A stretch of 64,000 nt of DNA, the filler included, from Bonamia ostreae (taxonomy: Eukaryota): assembly GCA_040357525.1 (NCBI GenBank). It is 15 parts of 15 records of this genome, joined end to end, with 100 filler letters (N's around TTAATTAATTAA, not from the genome) between each part and the next. Parts side by side here need not be neighbours in the genome. Positions count along the whole stretch, not along the records: positions 43,374 to 47,575 come from JBDODL010000347.1; positions 47,676 to 51,877 come from JBDODL010000348.1; positions 51,978 to 56,172 come from JBDODL010000349.1; 12 more parts are not named here. The stretch is one strand, 5' to 3'. Below, in pieces: positions 44,303 to 56,272 of this stretch. The notes beneath the pieces were generated by a model. It saw only the letters and a program-made list of their open reading frames with translations, was not told the origin of the DNA and did not search any database. The number at the start of each line of letters is the position of its first letter. The stretch's first letter is position 1. The position numbers and the translations under genes were made by a program.

Positions 44303-46932
44303 TTATTCGTCGGTCTCAGTCATCATTCGACTTATCCTCAGTTTGAACCCAACATAAACGCTTATTCCGACCGAAACCAAAACACTTCCGATCCGACTAA
44401 TCCCATTTTTCCCGTTTTTTAAACTCGACAAGTACTCCAAAACTAAGAAGGAAAAAGCGAAAACAAAAGCGCCTACATAAAAATTGAATTTTTGTTTATA
44501 GACGCGCAATCTGTTTTGAGACGGACTGAATTTGCCCAAAAAAATGTTGAGCCCGTCGCTGATTGGAGCGTCTTCAAAAGTCTTTTTTCTGTAGCGATTT
44601 AGTGAATTTCGTCCATCGTTCAAAAGACCAATAAAAGATCGTCTTCCAGTTTTTGTCCAGTCCGATTTTAAAGCGTTCGTTCCGGAATATTGTCTGCTCA
44701 AACAATCGCCGTTATTAACCCAAATGCGGGCTAATTTTTCCGAATTTAGATTTTTGAAGAAGTTTGTTGTTATTAGAGATTGGACCAGATTGGTTCTGTC
44801 TAAATTGTCCATGCAGTTTATCCTGCAAGTGCATTTTTGTGTTTTGATTGTTTCAGTGATTACTTTTTCGTTCTATTTTTGAAACCGTTTAATTGTTTTN
44901 NNNNNNNNNNNNNNNNNNNNNNNNNNNNNNNNNNNNNNNNNNNNNNNNNNNNNNNNNNNNNNNNNNNNNNNNNNNNNNNNNNNNNNNNNNNNNNNNNNNT
45001 GATTGTTTCAGTGATTACTTTTTCGTTCTATTTTTGAAACCGTTTAATTGTTTTTCGTTTATTGCAGATTTTTTGTTTTTTTGTTTAATTGGAAATTTTG
45101 TTGGAATTTTAAGTTATTTTTAGAGTTCGAAGTTTCGATTCAAATTTTTGGATTTTATACGTTAAAATTAAACAATCTGATATTTAACAAATTTGAATAA
45201 TTAAATTATTTTTTGAGTTTTTTTAAAGTTTTTATTTTGCAATTTTTTTATATTTTGTGTTTTTGCAATTCGATATTTTGCAAATTCGTTTTATCGCAAT
45301 TTAAAAATTCGAAATGTTTTTGCAATTGGATATTTTGCAAATTCGTTTTATCGCAATTTGAAAATTCGATATTTAAAATTTTTTTTATATTTTGTGTTTT
45401 TGCAATTCGATATTTTGTAAATTCGTTTTATCGCAATTTAAAAATTCGAAATGTTTTTACAATTGGATATTTTTAAATTCGTTTTATCGCAATTTAAAAA
45501 TTCGATATTTTAGAAATTTTTTTTATAATTTGTGTTTTTGCAATTCGATATTTTGCAAATTCGTTTTATCGCAATTTAAAAATTCGATATTTTAGAAATT
45601 TTTTATTTTGAAAGTTTTACAAAATTGCCTTAAAATTTGAAAAACGATGATCGAAACTTTCCCCTCAAAACACATTTCATCAAATCTCCTCTCAATTTGT
45701 TGCAACAACTTTTTTGCATTCGCAATCCCCAATTTGTCACATTCCAAATGAAAATCGAACCCGATATATTCCACTTTCCTCCCAAATCCCTCCTTTCCGT
45801 CCAATTCCGAGTTATAGCGATCCACAACGTCCAAATACTCTTCGCCCAAAACTTTTTCTCTGCCACTCGAATCAACCAAATTCACCAAAACCAAATCTCC
45901 ATACGACTTCAAATTTTCAATGTGAGCCCTGAAAGCTTTAAGATTTTTATTTTTGTCTTTATTGAGCAGAATCGCCGGTTTCCGGCTCAAATCTTGTTTT
46001 TGCTTCCAGAACAGCGGAATGGACCCTCGGCAACAAACAAAAGAGACAAAATTCATCGTCACAAGTTCGTCGTTCTTCGGTTCAACGTCTCTCTGCAAAA
46101 TGGTTTCGGTTTCGACAAAGTTGGAAACGTTTCCTTTTTCGTCAATTCCGCGCGACAAAAGCCGCATTCCGTCGCGGCGAACGCTCCTCCTCGAAATTAT
46201 TGTGAACAAATTTTCGTTCGCGTCCTCGAAATTTCCGACGTAACCGTTAATAACAGGTTGGACAAACTGGAAAGCTTTCTTTTCAATGAACTCTTTTAAT
46301 ATATGGCCATTCCATATAAACTGTAAATCCGAAAGCTCATAATTTTGTTTGTCCAATTCCGGAATAAAGAAGTCGGAGCGTTTGTTTTGGTCTTTTTCGA
46401 CGAAAATGGATTGAGTCGTTTTGCTCAAATCAAAATGTTCGCAAAATAGCAATTCTCTTGTTTTTAGAGCTTTTTCGATTAGTTCGTAGCAAATGTAATC
46501 TTCTTTTTCGTCTGATTTTGATTGATTGTGTCTAAAAATTGTTTCGGAAAAACAGTTTTACGGGGACGATTTCGAAAAGGACGATTTTGAAGACCTTCTT
46601 GCCGTAAACATGTCCGACTTCTTTAGCGGATTTGGCCATTATTATCAATTTTCTCGTTTTTAAGCTTTGTTTTATTGTTGTCAATTATTATAAAATTATA
46701 TTAGAATTGCCGGATTTTGCTAACGCTTTAAAAATGGAGTTTATTGAATTGCAGATAGAAACGTAATAGCGCCGAAGACGAATAGCGATTCTTTGAAATC
46801 AACGACCGGAATTAATTCTTCTTTTGATCTTCTGACGACGGAAACTTCTCCGCTTCCGAACGATATTTTTAGAATGTCGTTACTGGCTTCATTAGAAACA
46901 TTTAAATGTTCCTTTTCAACGTAATATTTCAT
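44303..46932 (-). CDS. SAC1: SAC1 phosphoinositide phosphatase, multi-exon
   Basis: ISRRSVRRDGMRLLSRGIDEKGNVSNFVETE, RGSIPLFWKQ, catalytic RINCMDNLDRTN, YSGTNALKSDWTKTGRR, two C-terminal TM helices. Confidence 0.93.
45230..45600. repeat. Intronic AT-rich minisatellite in SAC1
   Basis: tttgcaattcgatattttgcaaattcgttttatcgcaatttaaaaattcga repeated about five times. Confidence 0.8.
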
Positions 46933-47145
46933 TTAGTTTTTTAAGCTTTATGATATTATTAAATTTAGAGTTTAAAAATATATTCGGTTTTATACTGTTT
47001 TCATAAATTAGAGTTTTATGGTTTAAAATAGTAAATAATGTCAAAATTAACGCTTCTGTTCAACATTGCATAAACTAAACTGGTTAATAAGTAGTTATCA
47101 TATAATTTTTATAAGCTCTAAAATTATAACAATCACCGATTTTTA

Positions 47146-47447
47146 ATGTTCTCGATAGACTTGAAAATTCCACCGCCTTTCACAAATATGAATCACGCCG
47201 AAAAAATGGTCTATCTTTCGTCGAAATCGTCAGAAGACGATTTAGATACTTTTGAAGATGAAATAAGTTCACAAAGAGAACAAGATATTGTATATTTAAA
47301 AGCTCCGTATTTTAACCGAAATCCGATAGACCAAAATTTGTCAGAAAAAAATTCGATTAGTCAAAATAGCAGTTTATCTGAAATGTTTCATTGTTTCAAT
47401 GTCTATTTTTCCGGTTTCTCTAATTCGCAACAAATTAACTCGAACGG
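47146..47447 (+). CDS. BRCT-containing protein N-terminus (REV1-like?), partial
   Basis: MNHAEKMVYL...MFHCFNVYFSGFS resembles the REV1 N-terminus and BRCT start. Confidence 0.35.
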
Positions 47448-47815
47448 GTTTTGCCAAATTTATAATTTTTTTATTTTTATTGATTTATATTTTGTCGCAA
47501 ATTTAATTTTGTCAAATTTCAAAATATTATTGAAAAGTTTTTCCAAATTTTATTTTTGTCGCAAATTTAATTTTGNNNNNNNNNNNNNNNNNNNNNNNNN
47601 NNNNNNNNNNNNNNNNNNNTTAATTAATTAANNNNNNNNNNNNNNNNNNNNNNNNNNNNNNNNNNNNNNNNNNNNAAAAAACGGAAATAACTACAAAATT
47701 TTTCATTTTAATAAAATTTGGCAAAACGGTAATATCTGCAAACGTAAATTACAACATTTTGTTCAAATAAGCAAAAAAAATCAATATCGCGAATAAAGAC
47801 AAAACAGCCAAAAAA

Positions 47816-48256
47816 CTATTTTGAATCTTTTTGCAATTTCATCTTCAAGCACAGCTCGATTATCCTATTTAACTTCTGTTCGCCATTCTGTTTTTTTGGC
47901 CGCTGTGTTTTCTTCTTTCTGTCTGTTCCAATCCCAGTTTTTTCCGAGCTCAGCTCTGCGGCATTCCCGCCAATTTTCCGTTCTTCGTATCCGAACGGGG
48001 CCATGTACTCCCACCGAGACAAATCCGCGGGAGCGTAGCCGGCTATCAACGAGTCGGCCATCGACGGCTGGCGCAGCAAACCTGCGTTCGAAGGGATCTT
48101 GAAAGGGTTTGTTTCGTGATGGAATCGGCGCATACCGGAATTCCCGATATACATCGAATGCGACCTGTCCGCATATAAGCCCGGAAAAGCTTTAAGTCTT
48201 TGGCGTTGTAAATTTGTATTTAAGATTTCAGTATTGTCGCCAAGGTAATTTTCCAT
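47816..48256 (-). CDS. Hypothetical protein, probably 3'-partial
   Basis: GC-richer coding-like ORF; no recognised motif. Confidence 0.45.
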   Translation of the reverse strand: MENYLGDNTEILNTNLQRQRLKAFPGLYADRSHSMYIGNSGMRRFHHETNPFKIPSNAGLLRQPSMADSLIAGYAPADLSRWEYMAPFGYEERKIGGNAAELSSEKTGIGTDRKKKTQRPKKQNGEQKLNRIIELCLKMKLQKDSK

Positions 48257-48966
48257 CTGTAGATATTTTTGTTTGTATTTTATGTATTTAATTGATATAA
48301 TAAATTTCAAAACGCTTTAATTTATGGACTTTAAAGGTTTTAAGTTATATTAAAACATTCTAGTATTATGAGAAGCTTTAAATAGTATTTATATTCGAAG
48401 AAAGTCCGAAAGAACAATGACAAATAGAAAAAACGATGTGTTTCTATAGAGTGAAAGCTCGTAGTAAAAATAAACAAATAATGATATTTGATGTTTTGCG
48501 GTTTGTTCTGATTTTTAAGTTTTTGTATATATAAATAAACTAATAATGTTTTTATTAGTTGCGCAATAATTTTTATTACGGAAAGTTGTTATAATAACCA
48601 ATTTGCAAAAATTTATTTTTCATGTTTTATTTGAAAATTTTTGAAATATTTGCCATTTTAAAGACGGGATTAAGTTGTTTTTGGAAAAAATATTTAAATT
48701 ATGAGAAAATTTTTAATTTTAAAGATTTAAAATTTTCAAATTTTAACCTTTATAAAAACTATTTCTGCGCTTTAGCAAAGAATTTACAGATTGTAAATAT
48801 TTTTCATCATCTTCAATCCTAAAAATATTTAATTTTCTATTAATTTTAAAAATTTTGGCGAATCTAATTGCATTTTGGCTTTGTTTAATTTTAGTTTAAA
48901 ACGATCATTTTTGTTTAGTTTTAATTTTTTAATAAAAAACAAACGAAAACAGCAAAAATAATTTTC

Positions 48967-50295
48967 ATGTTTTCTGTTTTGTTGCTGTTGAACATATTTT
49001 TTTCATCAATCAATATAATCGCCTACATATTCCATTGCTGCTCCATTTTATTTAACTCAAATAAAAGAAGTAAACATAAAGAAGTGACAACTGATTTACA
49101 ACAAAAATTAACAAATGAGAATCAAAGAATTACAGGTATAAATATACCTGTTCCAGTTACAAATATACCCGTTCCAGTTACAAATATACCTGTTCCAGTT
49201 ACAAGTATTCCGTATACAAGCATACAGTCTTCTCTAGAAAGTTACAATTCCAGTTATTCGAAATACATCAAACCTTTTTTGACAAACGATGAATTGTATG
49301 ACAATGATGGTTTCTATATTAAAGTATTAAAGACAAAATGGACAATTACACTCTAATAAAAACAATTTCAACAAAGGGAAAAACTGCAATTATAAAAGGT
49401 AAATAATTCTATTTTTAGTACGTCGCGTTGAGGACGATGAAATTTACTGCATAAAAATACAAAAAATACAAAATCGAAAATACATCGAAAAAGAAATAAC
49501 CATTTTAAAGCAAATCGATCACCCTTTTATAATTAAAATGAAGAACGCGTTTATTGAAAATGAAAACATTTATGTTGTTTTAGAATACTGCGAAAACGGC
49601 AACTTAAAGTTATTTCCAAAATTAATAATAATCAAAGAAATTATTTAAACAATGTGAAAACAAGTCAAACAAGTTTTTTAAAAATTAAAATTATCAGAAT
49701 TGCACTTGAAGCAGTTAATGTCTTCAATATATTATCTTCACTCAAAATGTGTCGTACATCGAGACCTAAAACCAGAAAATATTCTGGTGACCGCCAATAA
49801 CGAAATAAAATTGGCTGATTTTGATTCCTCGACTATTCTTAGTCACAGAAATCAAAAAATAACTGCTTATGCTGGTACATCTATTTATATGTGTTTTTAT
49901 TCCTTTTATAGAAACATTGCTTTTATCTATTTTCAGAAAAAGATTGATTATTTTTATCCATTTTCACAAAAATTGATTATTCTATTTACAACAAAGCGCC
50001 GGAAATGATGAATCGAAAACTGTACGGAATCGATGTGGATTGGTGGGGAGTTGGCATGGTAGGATATTTTATGGCAACGAGAAAACATCCCTTTTTATCA
50101 CATCTAAGAAAAAGTAGCGAGGAAATTAAATACAGAACAAACTTCTTGACTCCTTCCTTTCCGTCTCATTTGTCGGAAAAAATGATTTGGCTTTTAAATT
50201 GTTTTTTGAAGAAACAACCAGAAAACAGACTTTCTTTGGACAGAATGTTTTCTGAAGATGATGAGTCGCTACCTCAGTTTTTGAAGATGATTTGA
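48967..50295 (+). CDS. Ser/Thr protein kinase with N-terminal hydrophobic signal/anchor, multi-exon
   Basis: Spliced: YCIK, EITILKQIDHPFII, LEYCENGNL, VVHRDLKPENIL, IKLADFD, AGTSIYMSPEM, DVDWWGVG, PENR. Confidence 0.88.
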
Positions 50296-50610
50296 TTTGG
50301 TTAATTGAATGATAAGAGTTTTTTAGTAAGTCGAATGAGACATTTTGTGCTAATCAAGTGATTGCCATTGTTTAAATTATTTTGGAGCAATGTAAAATCA
50401 CTTGACCGACCAAACTGCCAACCTGCTTCGCGAGAGTCGTTACCCCGTTAAAAAAATTTTTATTGTGCTTCATTCAACAATTTCTTTTTAAGTCCATTTT
50501 TTTGGGGAATGTCGTTTATAAAGACAAAATATTTTTGTATTTTAACCATTGAAAAATTGTAAAAAGCGTAAAGTTTTGGATTGAAATTGCTCAAAAAGTA
50601 AAAGTACTAT

Positions 50611-51800
50611 TTATGTCACAGAGACATCATTTCCGTCATACAAATTTCTGCTCAACAGATTATTAAACGGTTTTTTGCCATAAAACTCATTTTCATTTTG
50701 TTTCCTCAACAAAAGTTTTCCGCCGTTCTTATCCAAAAAATTTAATTCCGAACCATTTTGGTTCATATTAATGCTTGTTCCAATGGGAACACTCGGCGCT
50801 ATCTCTATCTTTCGCAATACTTCAAAAACTGCTTTTTGAGTGTCTTTCAAGTAGCTTTCAGTATTAAAGTTCTCAGAATTGTCTTCTTCGATGTGAAGTC
50901 TGAAATCGGGCGCAAATTTTTCGTAGTAATTGTTGTACGGGATATCGTTGTTAATTTGTATTCCCGCGCAGACAGAGGTTTCATATGTCCAACAACGCGC
51001 GACATTTTTTACCGTATATCCGCCGCCGCCTTTATTTTTGCAAGATCGATTTTGGCCATTTTGTCAATTTTAAAATTTTAAAATGTAATTTTTGTCGAAT
51101 CGGAAATAACCGACCACAAGAGTCGGTAGCGCTTGCGAGACGACATGCGACACACATCGGCCATGTCCTTTCGGCGTCAGATTGAAGCACCCCAAACGAT
51201 CTTGCGTCAGCGAATCCGCTCCGCACTGCAGAACAACTGCTCCCGGGCGGAAGACGGCCATCGAACGATCGAAAATCGGTTTAAAAAAAGCGAAGAAAGT
51301 GTCATCGTCCATTCCTTCGTGCAGAGGACAATTCAAAGAAAAGTTTTTGCCCATTCCGGTTCCGATGTCTTCTAGTTTTCCGGTCCCGGGGAAAAAATTT
51401 CCGCCTTTGTGGAACGACAGAGTAAGTACTCTGTCCGACGCGTAGAAGGCTTCTTCTACTCCGTCGCCATGGTGGACATCGATGTCTACATACAAAACTC
51501 GTTGGTGTTTTTGGAGGAGTTGGAGGATGGCGAGGACGATGTCGTTGACATAGCAAAATCCTGTGATGGTAAAAATGTGAAGATTTGCTTTTGGCAATTT
51601 TTAACGAATGGACTAAATTCGGAATGCGGAAAACCTGACGCTTCCATTTTTTTGGCGTGATGAAAGCCTCCGCCCCAATTAATGGCGACATCGGCATTTT
51701 CGGCAATCAGATGTTGTGCAGCGCCAACTGAAGCGCCCGCTGATCTTTGGTTGAATCTAAAAAATCCATCGAAAATTGGGCAATCCGATTCTTCAGTCTT
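50611..51800 (-). CDS. Class I histone deacetylase (RPD3/HDAC1-3 type), 5'-partial
   Basis: [72 protein letters not shown]. Confidence 0.96.
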
Positions 51801-51977
51801 ATTTTTTGCAATTAGTAAAAATTACAAAAACAGTTTTTTATACAAAAAATTAACTATTCGCAAAAAATGTACAAAAANNNNNNNNNNNNNNNNNNNNNNN
51901 NNNNNNNNNNNNNNNNNNNNNTTAATTAATTAANNNNNNNNNNNNNNNNNNNNNNNNNNNNNNNNNNNNNNNNNNNN

Positions 51978-52668
51978 CACAACTCTTACAATAGTCCAAT
52001 AACAAGGTTCGCTATAGCCATTTCTAAGCCACCTATTTCGATAAACTCTAATTGGCGCACTCAATCCAATTCTTCAAAAATTTCTAAAAAAACTTGAACT
52101 GAAGCGCCGGTTCGTTTATTAGTTCGTCGAGAGCTTTTCCGCTTTTACTTCTTTTTGCGCCTAACGCTCTTCTTTTGACTTTCGCTTTGATATCGAACAA
52201 CTTTTCTTCCTTTTATTAAGTTTTTTGAACATCGTTTATTTCTTTTTGAAGCTTTTCAAAGTCCGGACTTTTTTCGAAAATTTGTTTTTTTGTAATTTGT
52301 GAAAAATCAATGATCAAATTTTCGCCGTTCAACTCTATTTTTGGAATAATTTGAGGAAGCGGTTTTTTTGTGTATAGGCAATCGGCCAAAAACACCGGAA
52401 TTTCTTTTTTGCCGTCTTCGGACTTTCTTAGGCCATATCTTATTCCTTTAATCGGCAAATTTGAAGATTTGAGTTTGTTGAATAAGATTTTCTTTTTGCA
52501 AAATTAGTTTAAAAGCGATTTTTAGAGTATGTCCGAACGATTGTTAATAAAAACTCGGTCAAAGTCCGAAGCCAGGTTTTTTATTTCGAAGGAAACAGGA
52601 ACATAATGTTTCCTATTACTTGCTACAGTCGAAAAAGCTCGATTTTGGATTTTTCGCAATAAGCTCAT
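51978..52668 (-). CDS. Hypothetical spliced protein
   Basis: Coding-like segments, including the 80-aa ORF 52216..52458, divergent from TFB2. Confidence 0.3.
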
Positions 52669-52776
52669 TTCAAACTAAATTTAAGATTTTATGAACAATT
52701 TTATAATATTTTTGTTATCGGTCGATTTAGCTTTAATAATCCAGATCGACCACAAAACGTTTATTTAAATAGATTT

Positions 52777-54659
52777 ATGCAGTCCAATAATGTCGAAAGT
52801 ATCCAAAATTGTTAATATATTAATTTTCAGACTTAGTCAAAATTGTCAAGAGTTAGCCAAAATGGCGAATACAAAATTTACTACTCTAATAAACCTTTTA
52901 AAGCAAATTCTATCTCGTATAGAAACACCTTTTGAAAAACATAAATCTCTTATTGTACCTCTTCTCCAGTTTTCAATAGCAACAACAAAAATTAACAAAA
53001 CAATAAAAAAGATGTCTATCTTCGGATCACAAAAATGTCATAATCCGATTATCTTTTTACGAAAATGGGGAAATCAGACAAAACGAAATCGAAAAATGGT
53101 TCAAAAACAAAAACTTTTGTTCCAAAATTTTGAGTGACTTGATAAGTCTCAAAATTGTTGTTGTCAAGGATATCAATAATTTTATAAAAACAACAATATT
53201 CAATGACGACAATACAATATTTTTAGAGAAAAATATTTTTTGCGCAGCAAAATCCATTTTAACGTTTTTGTTTAAATATTAAATATCATTTTTATTATTA
53301 AATTTGTTATCGCCAAAATTTTAATAAAAATTTATTATCGCCAAATTTTAACATTTTTCCAAAAATTGTTATCGTCAAAATTAAAGAAACGACGGAATGC
53401 TCAAAACATTGAAAACAATAAAAACCTCAAATAAACAAAAAACTGAAAACAAAAATTGGGAAAAAATTTTGTCTGTGATAATCAATAAACCAACACAGTT
53501 CTCAAATCCGAAGCAGAAAAGAGAAATATTTGCAATTTTGGAATTTTTAAAAATATTGTTAAAATTTCAAAAATTTTTGATTTGAAATTCATTTGAAAAT
53601 TTTAAATTTTTGTTAGAAAAAACGGACAAATAACTGAAGAAGGCAAAAGATTTTTGTTACAAAATTCAAAAACACGAAAATGGAAAATCATTTTTGGATA
53701 TCTTCAACGGACCGTATATCAATTAAAATTTAGCAAATTCGACAAAATTTGACCATTAAAAAATCAACAAAAATAAAAAACGACAAAATTAAAAATTTTA
53801 GCGATTTGACGACAATTCGTTAATAGACGGATTAATTTTCATACTTTCTCAGAATTTACCCCAAAATGACCAAACAGTTTTTCCACAAAACGACTTAAAT
53901 TCGACGCAAAAAGAGATTGCGAGAGCTTTCGAAAATTTTGGATTTTTGGAATCCGTTTCTGTCGATCCGTCGCGATTTTGTTATCGACCGACTTTTGTTC
54001 TTAAAAACCTTTTTTCCGCAAACAGAAAAAATGGCTTTTTGGTCGTCGAAACCAATTTTAAAAGTCACAAAATCTTTCAAAATTGAATATTTCGACAAAA
54101 AATTTTAAATTTTTTTCAAAAACTTTTTTTGGCAAATTTTTCAAAATCTCTTCAAAAGTTTACGGATACACAGAAAACGACGTTCATTCGTTCGAATTGG
54201 GATTATTTGCGAGAATAAACAAAAAACTTCCCGGATTCGTATCCGCTTCGATAACGCGAGAAAGCGTTATCGATGCGATCAAAAGTAATTTGAGCGCCGA
54301 TTTGGTAAATTTGCTAAATTTTAAAGGTCGTCGATTATCTTCGCTCGAATTCAAGGCAATTGCCAAAATCGAATTTCGAAGATTTGGTCCCTTCGAACAT
54401 AATCGGTTTTTTGATTTTTGGAATTTGGTAATTTTAGCAAATTCCAAAAATGGCAGATCAGTTAAACATTTTAATTCATTTAGCGCAAATTAGGTTGTGG
54501 GGGAAACAGTTGAACCGATGCGAATTTGGAGAAGCGGTCTTGTTTGACAATTTTGTTGACGACGACGAGTTTTCGAAGTTAAAAGAAAAGTTGATCAAAA
54601 GCAATGACGATATTCTGCTTTCTGATATTAACCGAAAATGGCTTCTTTCTAAAAAATAG
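52777..54659 (+). CDS. TFB2: TFIIH p52 subunit (TFB2/GTF2H4), multi-exon
   Basis: ITEEGKRFLL, KVYGYTEN...LFARINKKLPGFVSASITRESV, QIRLWGKQLNRCEFGEAVLFDNF. Confidence 0.8.
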
Positions 54660-54937
54660 CGATGAGCTTTTAAATTTTTCCGATTTTTTCGAAAATAATC
54701 TAATTGTTATAAGATTTGCCATATAATATCTAATTGTCAGAATACATTTACGTTCTAATGGATAAACAACCATTTAAGGCGTTTTTTAAGAGTTTACAGT
54801 ATAATATATTGAGCTTAATTAATTTTACAAAATGATTTGATCAGAAAGTTGTTGGCATTTGTTTAAAAACGGCAATTGTAAAAATTCAGATTTATAGATT
54901 CTCAATTTAGACAAATTTAGACATCACAATTTTATTA

Positions 54938-56172
54938 ATGGAAACGCCTGATAACAAATCTTCTTTTTCACATCTCATCGAACAACCTAAATTTTTTCTG
55001 CCAAGAATGACAAATGTCTTCAATATTTACGGGTTTTGGTCCCCATATAATTTCGGCGCAATTTTTATAAAATATTTTGTAAAAACATTTTTGTTCAATA
55101 AAAACATTTTTTTCCAATAAAAATAATAAAATAAAAATAATAAAAACATTTTTTGATCAATAAAAATAATAAAAACATTTTTGTTCAATAAAAATAATAA
55201 AAACATTTTTGTTCAATAAAAATAATAAAAACATTTTTTGATCAACAAAAATAATAAAAACATTTTAGTTCAATAAAAATAATAAAAACATTTTTTGTTC
55301 AACAAAAATAATAAAAACATTTTTTGATCAACAAAAATAAAACCTTTTTCTGCTAAATTTAGTCACAACGGCTGTGTAAATTGCATTAAATGGAGTCACG
55401 ACGGTTCTCTTCTAATCTCTGGATCGGACGACGGAACGTTAAAAATTTGGGACATGACGAAGAACTCTTTGAAAAGCAACGGCCATTCCACAAACTGTAA
55501 AAACACTTTAAATGGGCACATTTCCAATGTTTTCTCCGTCGAAATGCAACCGGCAAAGCCGTTATCAGCCGCGAAGATAATCAGCGGCGGAAACGATTCG
55601 ACGTTGCGAATTTTCGACTTAAAAACGGGCACAAATTTGCACATCCTGCGGCAATTTCAAAAGAAAATTTGTTCGATAAGTGCTCCGAAAACCTGTTTCA
55701 ACACTTTTATCGCTTCTTCTGCAGACGGGACTGTGCGTCATTACGACATGCGAGAGAAATTTGAGAGATGTAATGAAAACATTGGCGAAAACAAGTCGAA
55801 CAGGATTTTGCCGCAAATTTTTGGCGGTGGTTTTGCGCAAGAAAATCAATTTAAATCTATTAAAAATCTTCTTTTAGACTTTTCCACAGAGTTTTATTAA
55901 ATTTTCGACAAGAATTTTTAGAAATAGTGACAAAAATTTTGTTGTGGACTAAACTTTTTTATAAATTTAAAAAGTGAAAGAAATAGATATGGAGTGCATT
56001 CGGTAGATATCCATCCATTGAACGCGAGTATTTTTGTTGTTTCAATAGCGAATGGAAATTCGTATCTATACGATATGAGAAAAATCTCAAATACTCCTTT
56101 GAAATCGTTCATCAATTCTTATCGAAACTATCAATTAAAGTTTCTTAAAAATGACCAATTTAAAAAATTCCG
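54938..56172 (+). CDS. DCAF-type WD40 protein (DCAF6/DCAF8/WDTC1-like), partial
   Basis: HNGCVNCIKWSHDGSLLISGSDDGTLKIWD, GHISNVFSV, ASSADGTVRHYDMRE (WDxR-like); start uncertain. Confidence 0.78.
55085..55340. repeat. Intronic ~29-bp AT-rich minisatellite
   Basis: aataaaaataataaaaacatttttgttc repeated about eight times. Confidence 0.85.
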
Positions 56173-56272
56173 NNNNNNNNNNNNNNNNNNNNNNNNNNNN
56201 NNNNNNNNNNNNNNNNTTAATTAATTAANNNNNNNNNNNNNNNNNNNNNNNNNNNNNNNNNNNNNNNNNNNN

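Noticed and set aside
44790-44825. SAC1 active site CMDNLDRT lacking the second cysteine as an inactive enzyme
   Set aside because: The catalytic CX5R(T) Cys and Arg are retained; the change is within plausible divergence.
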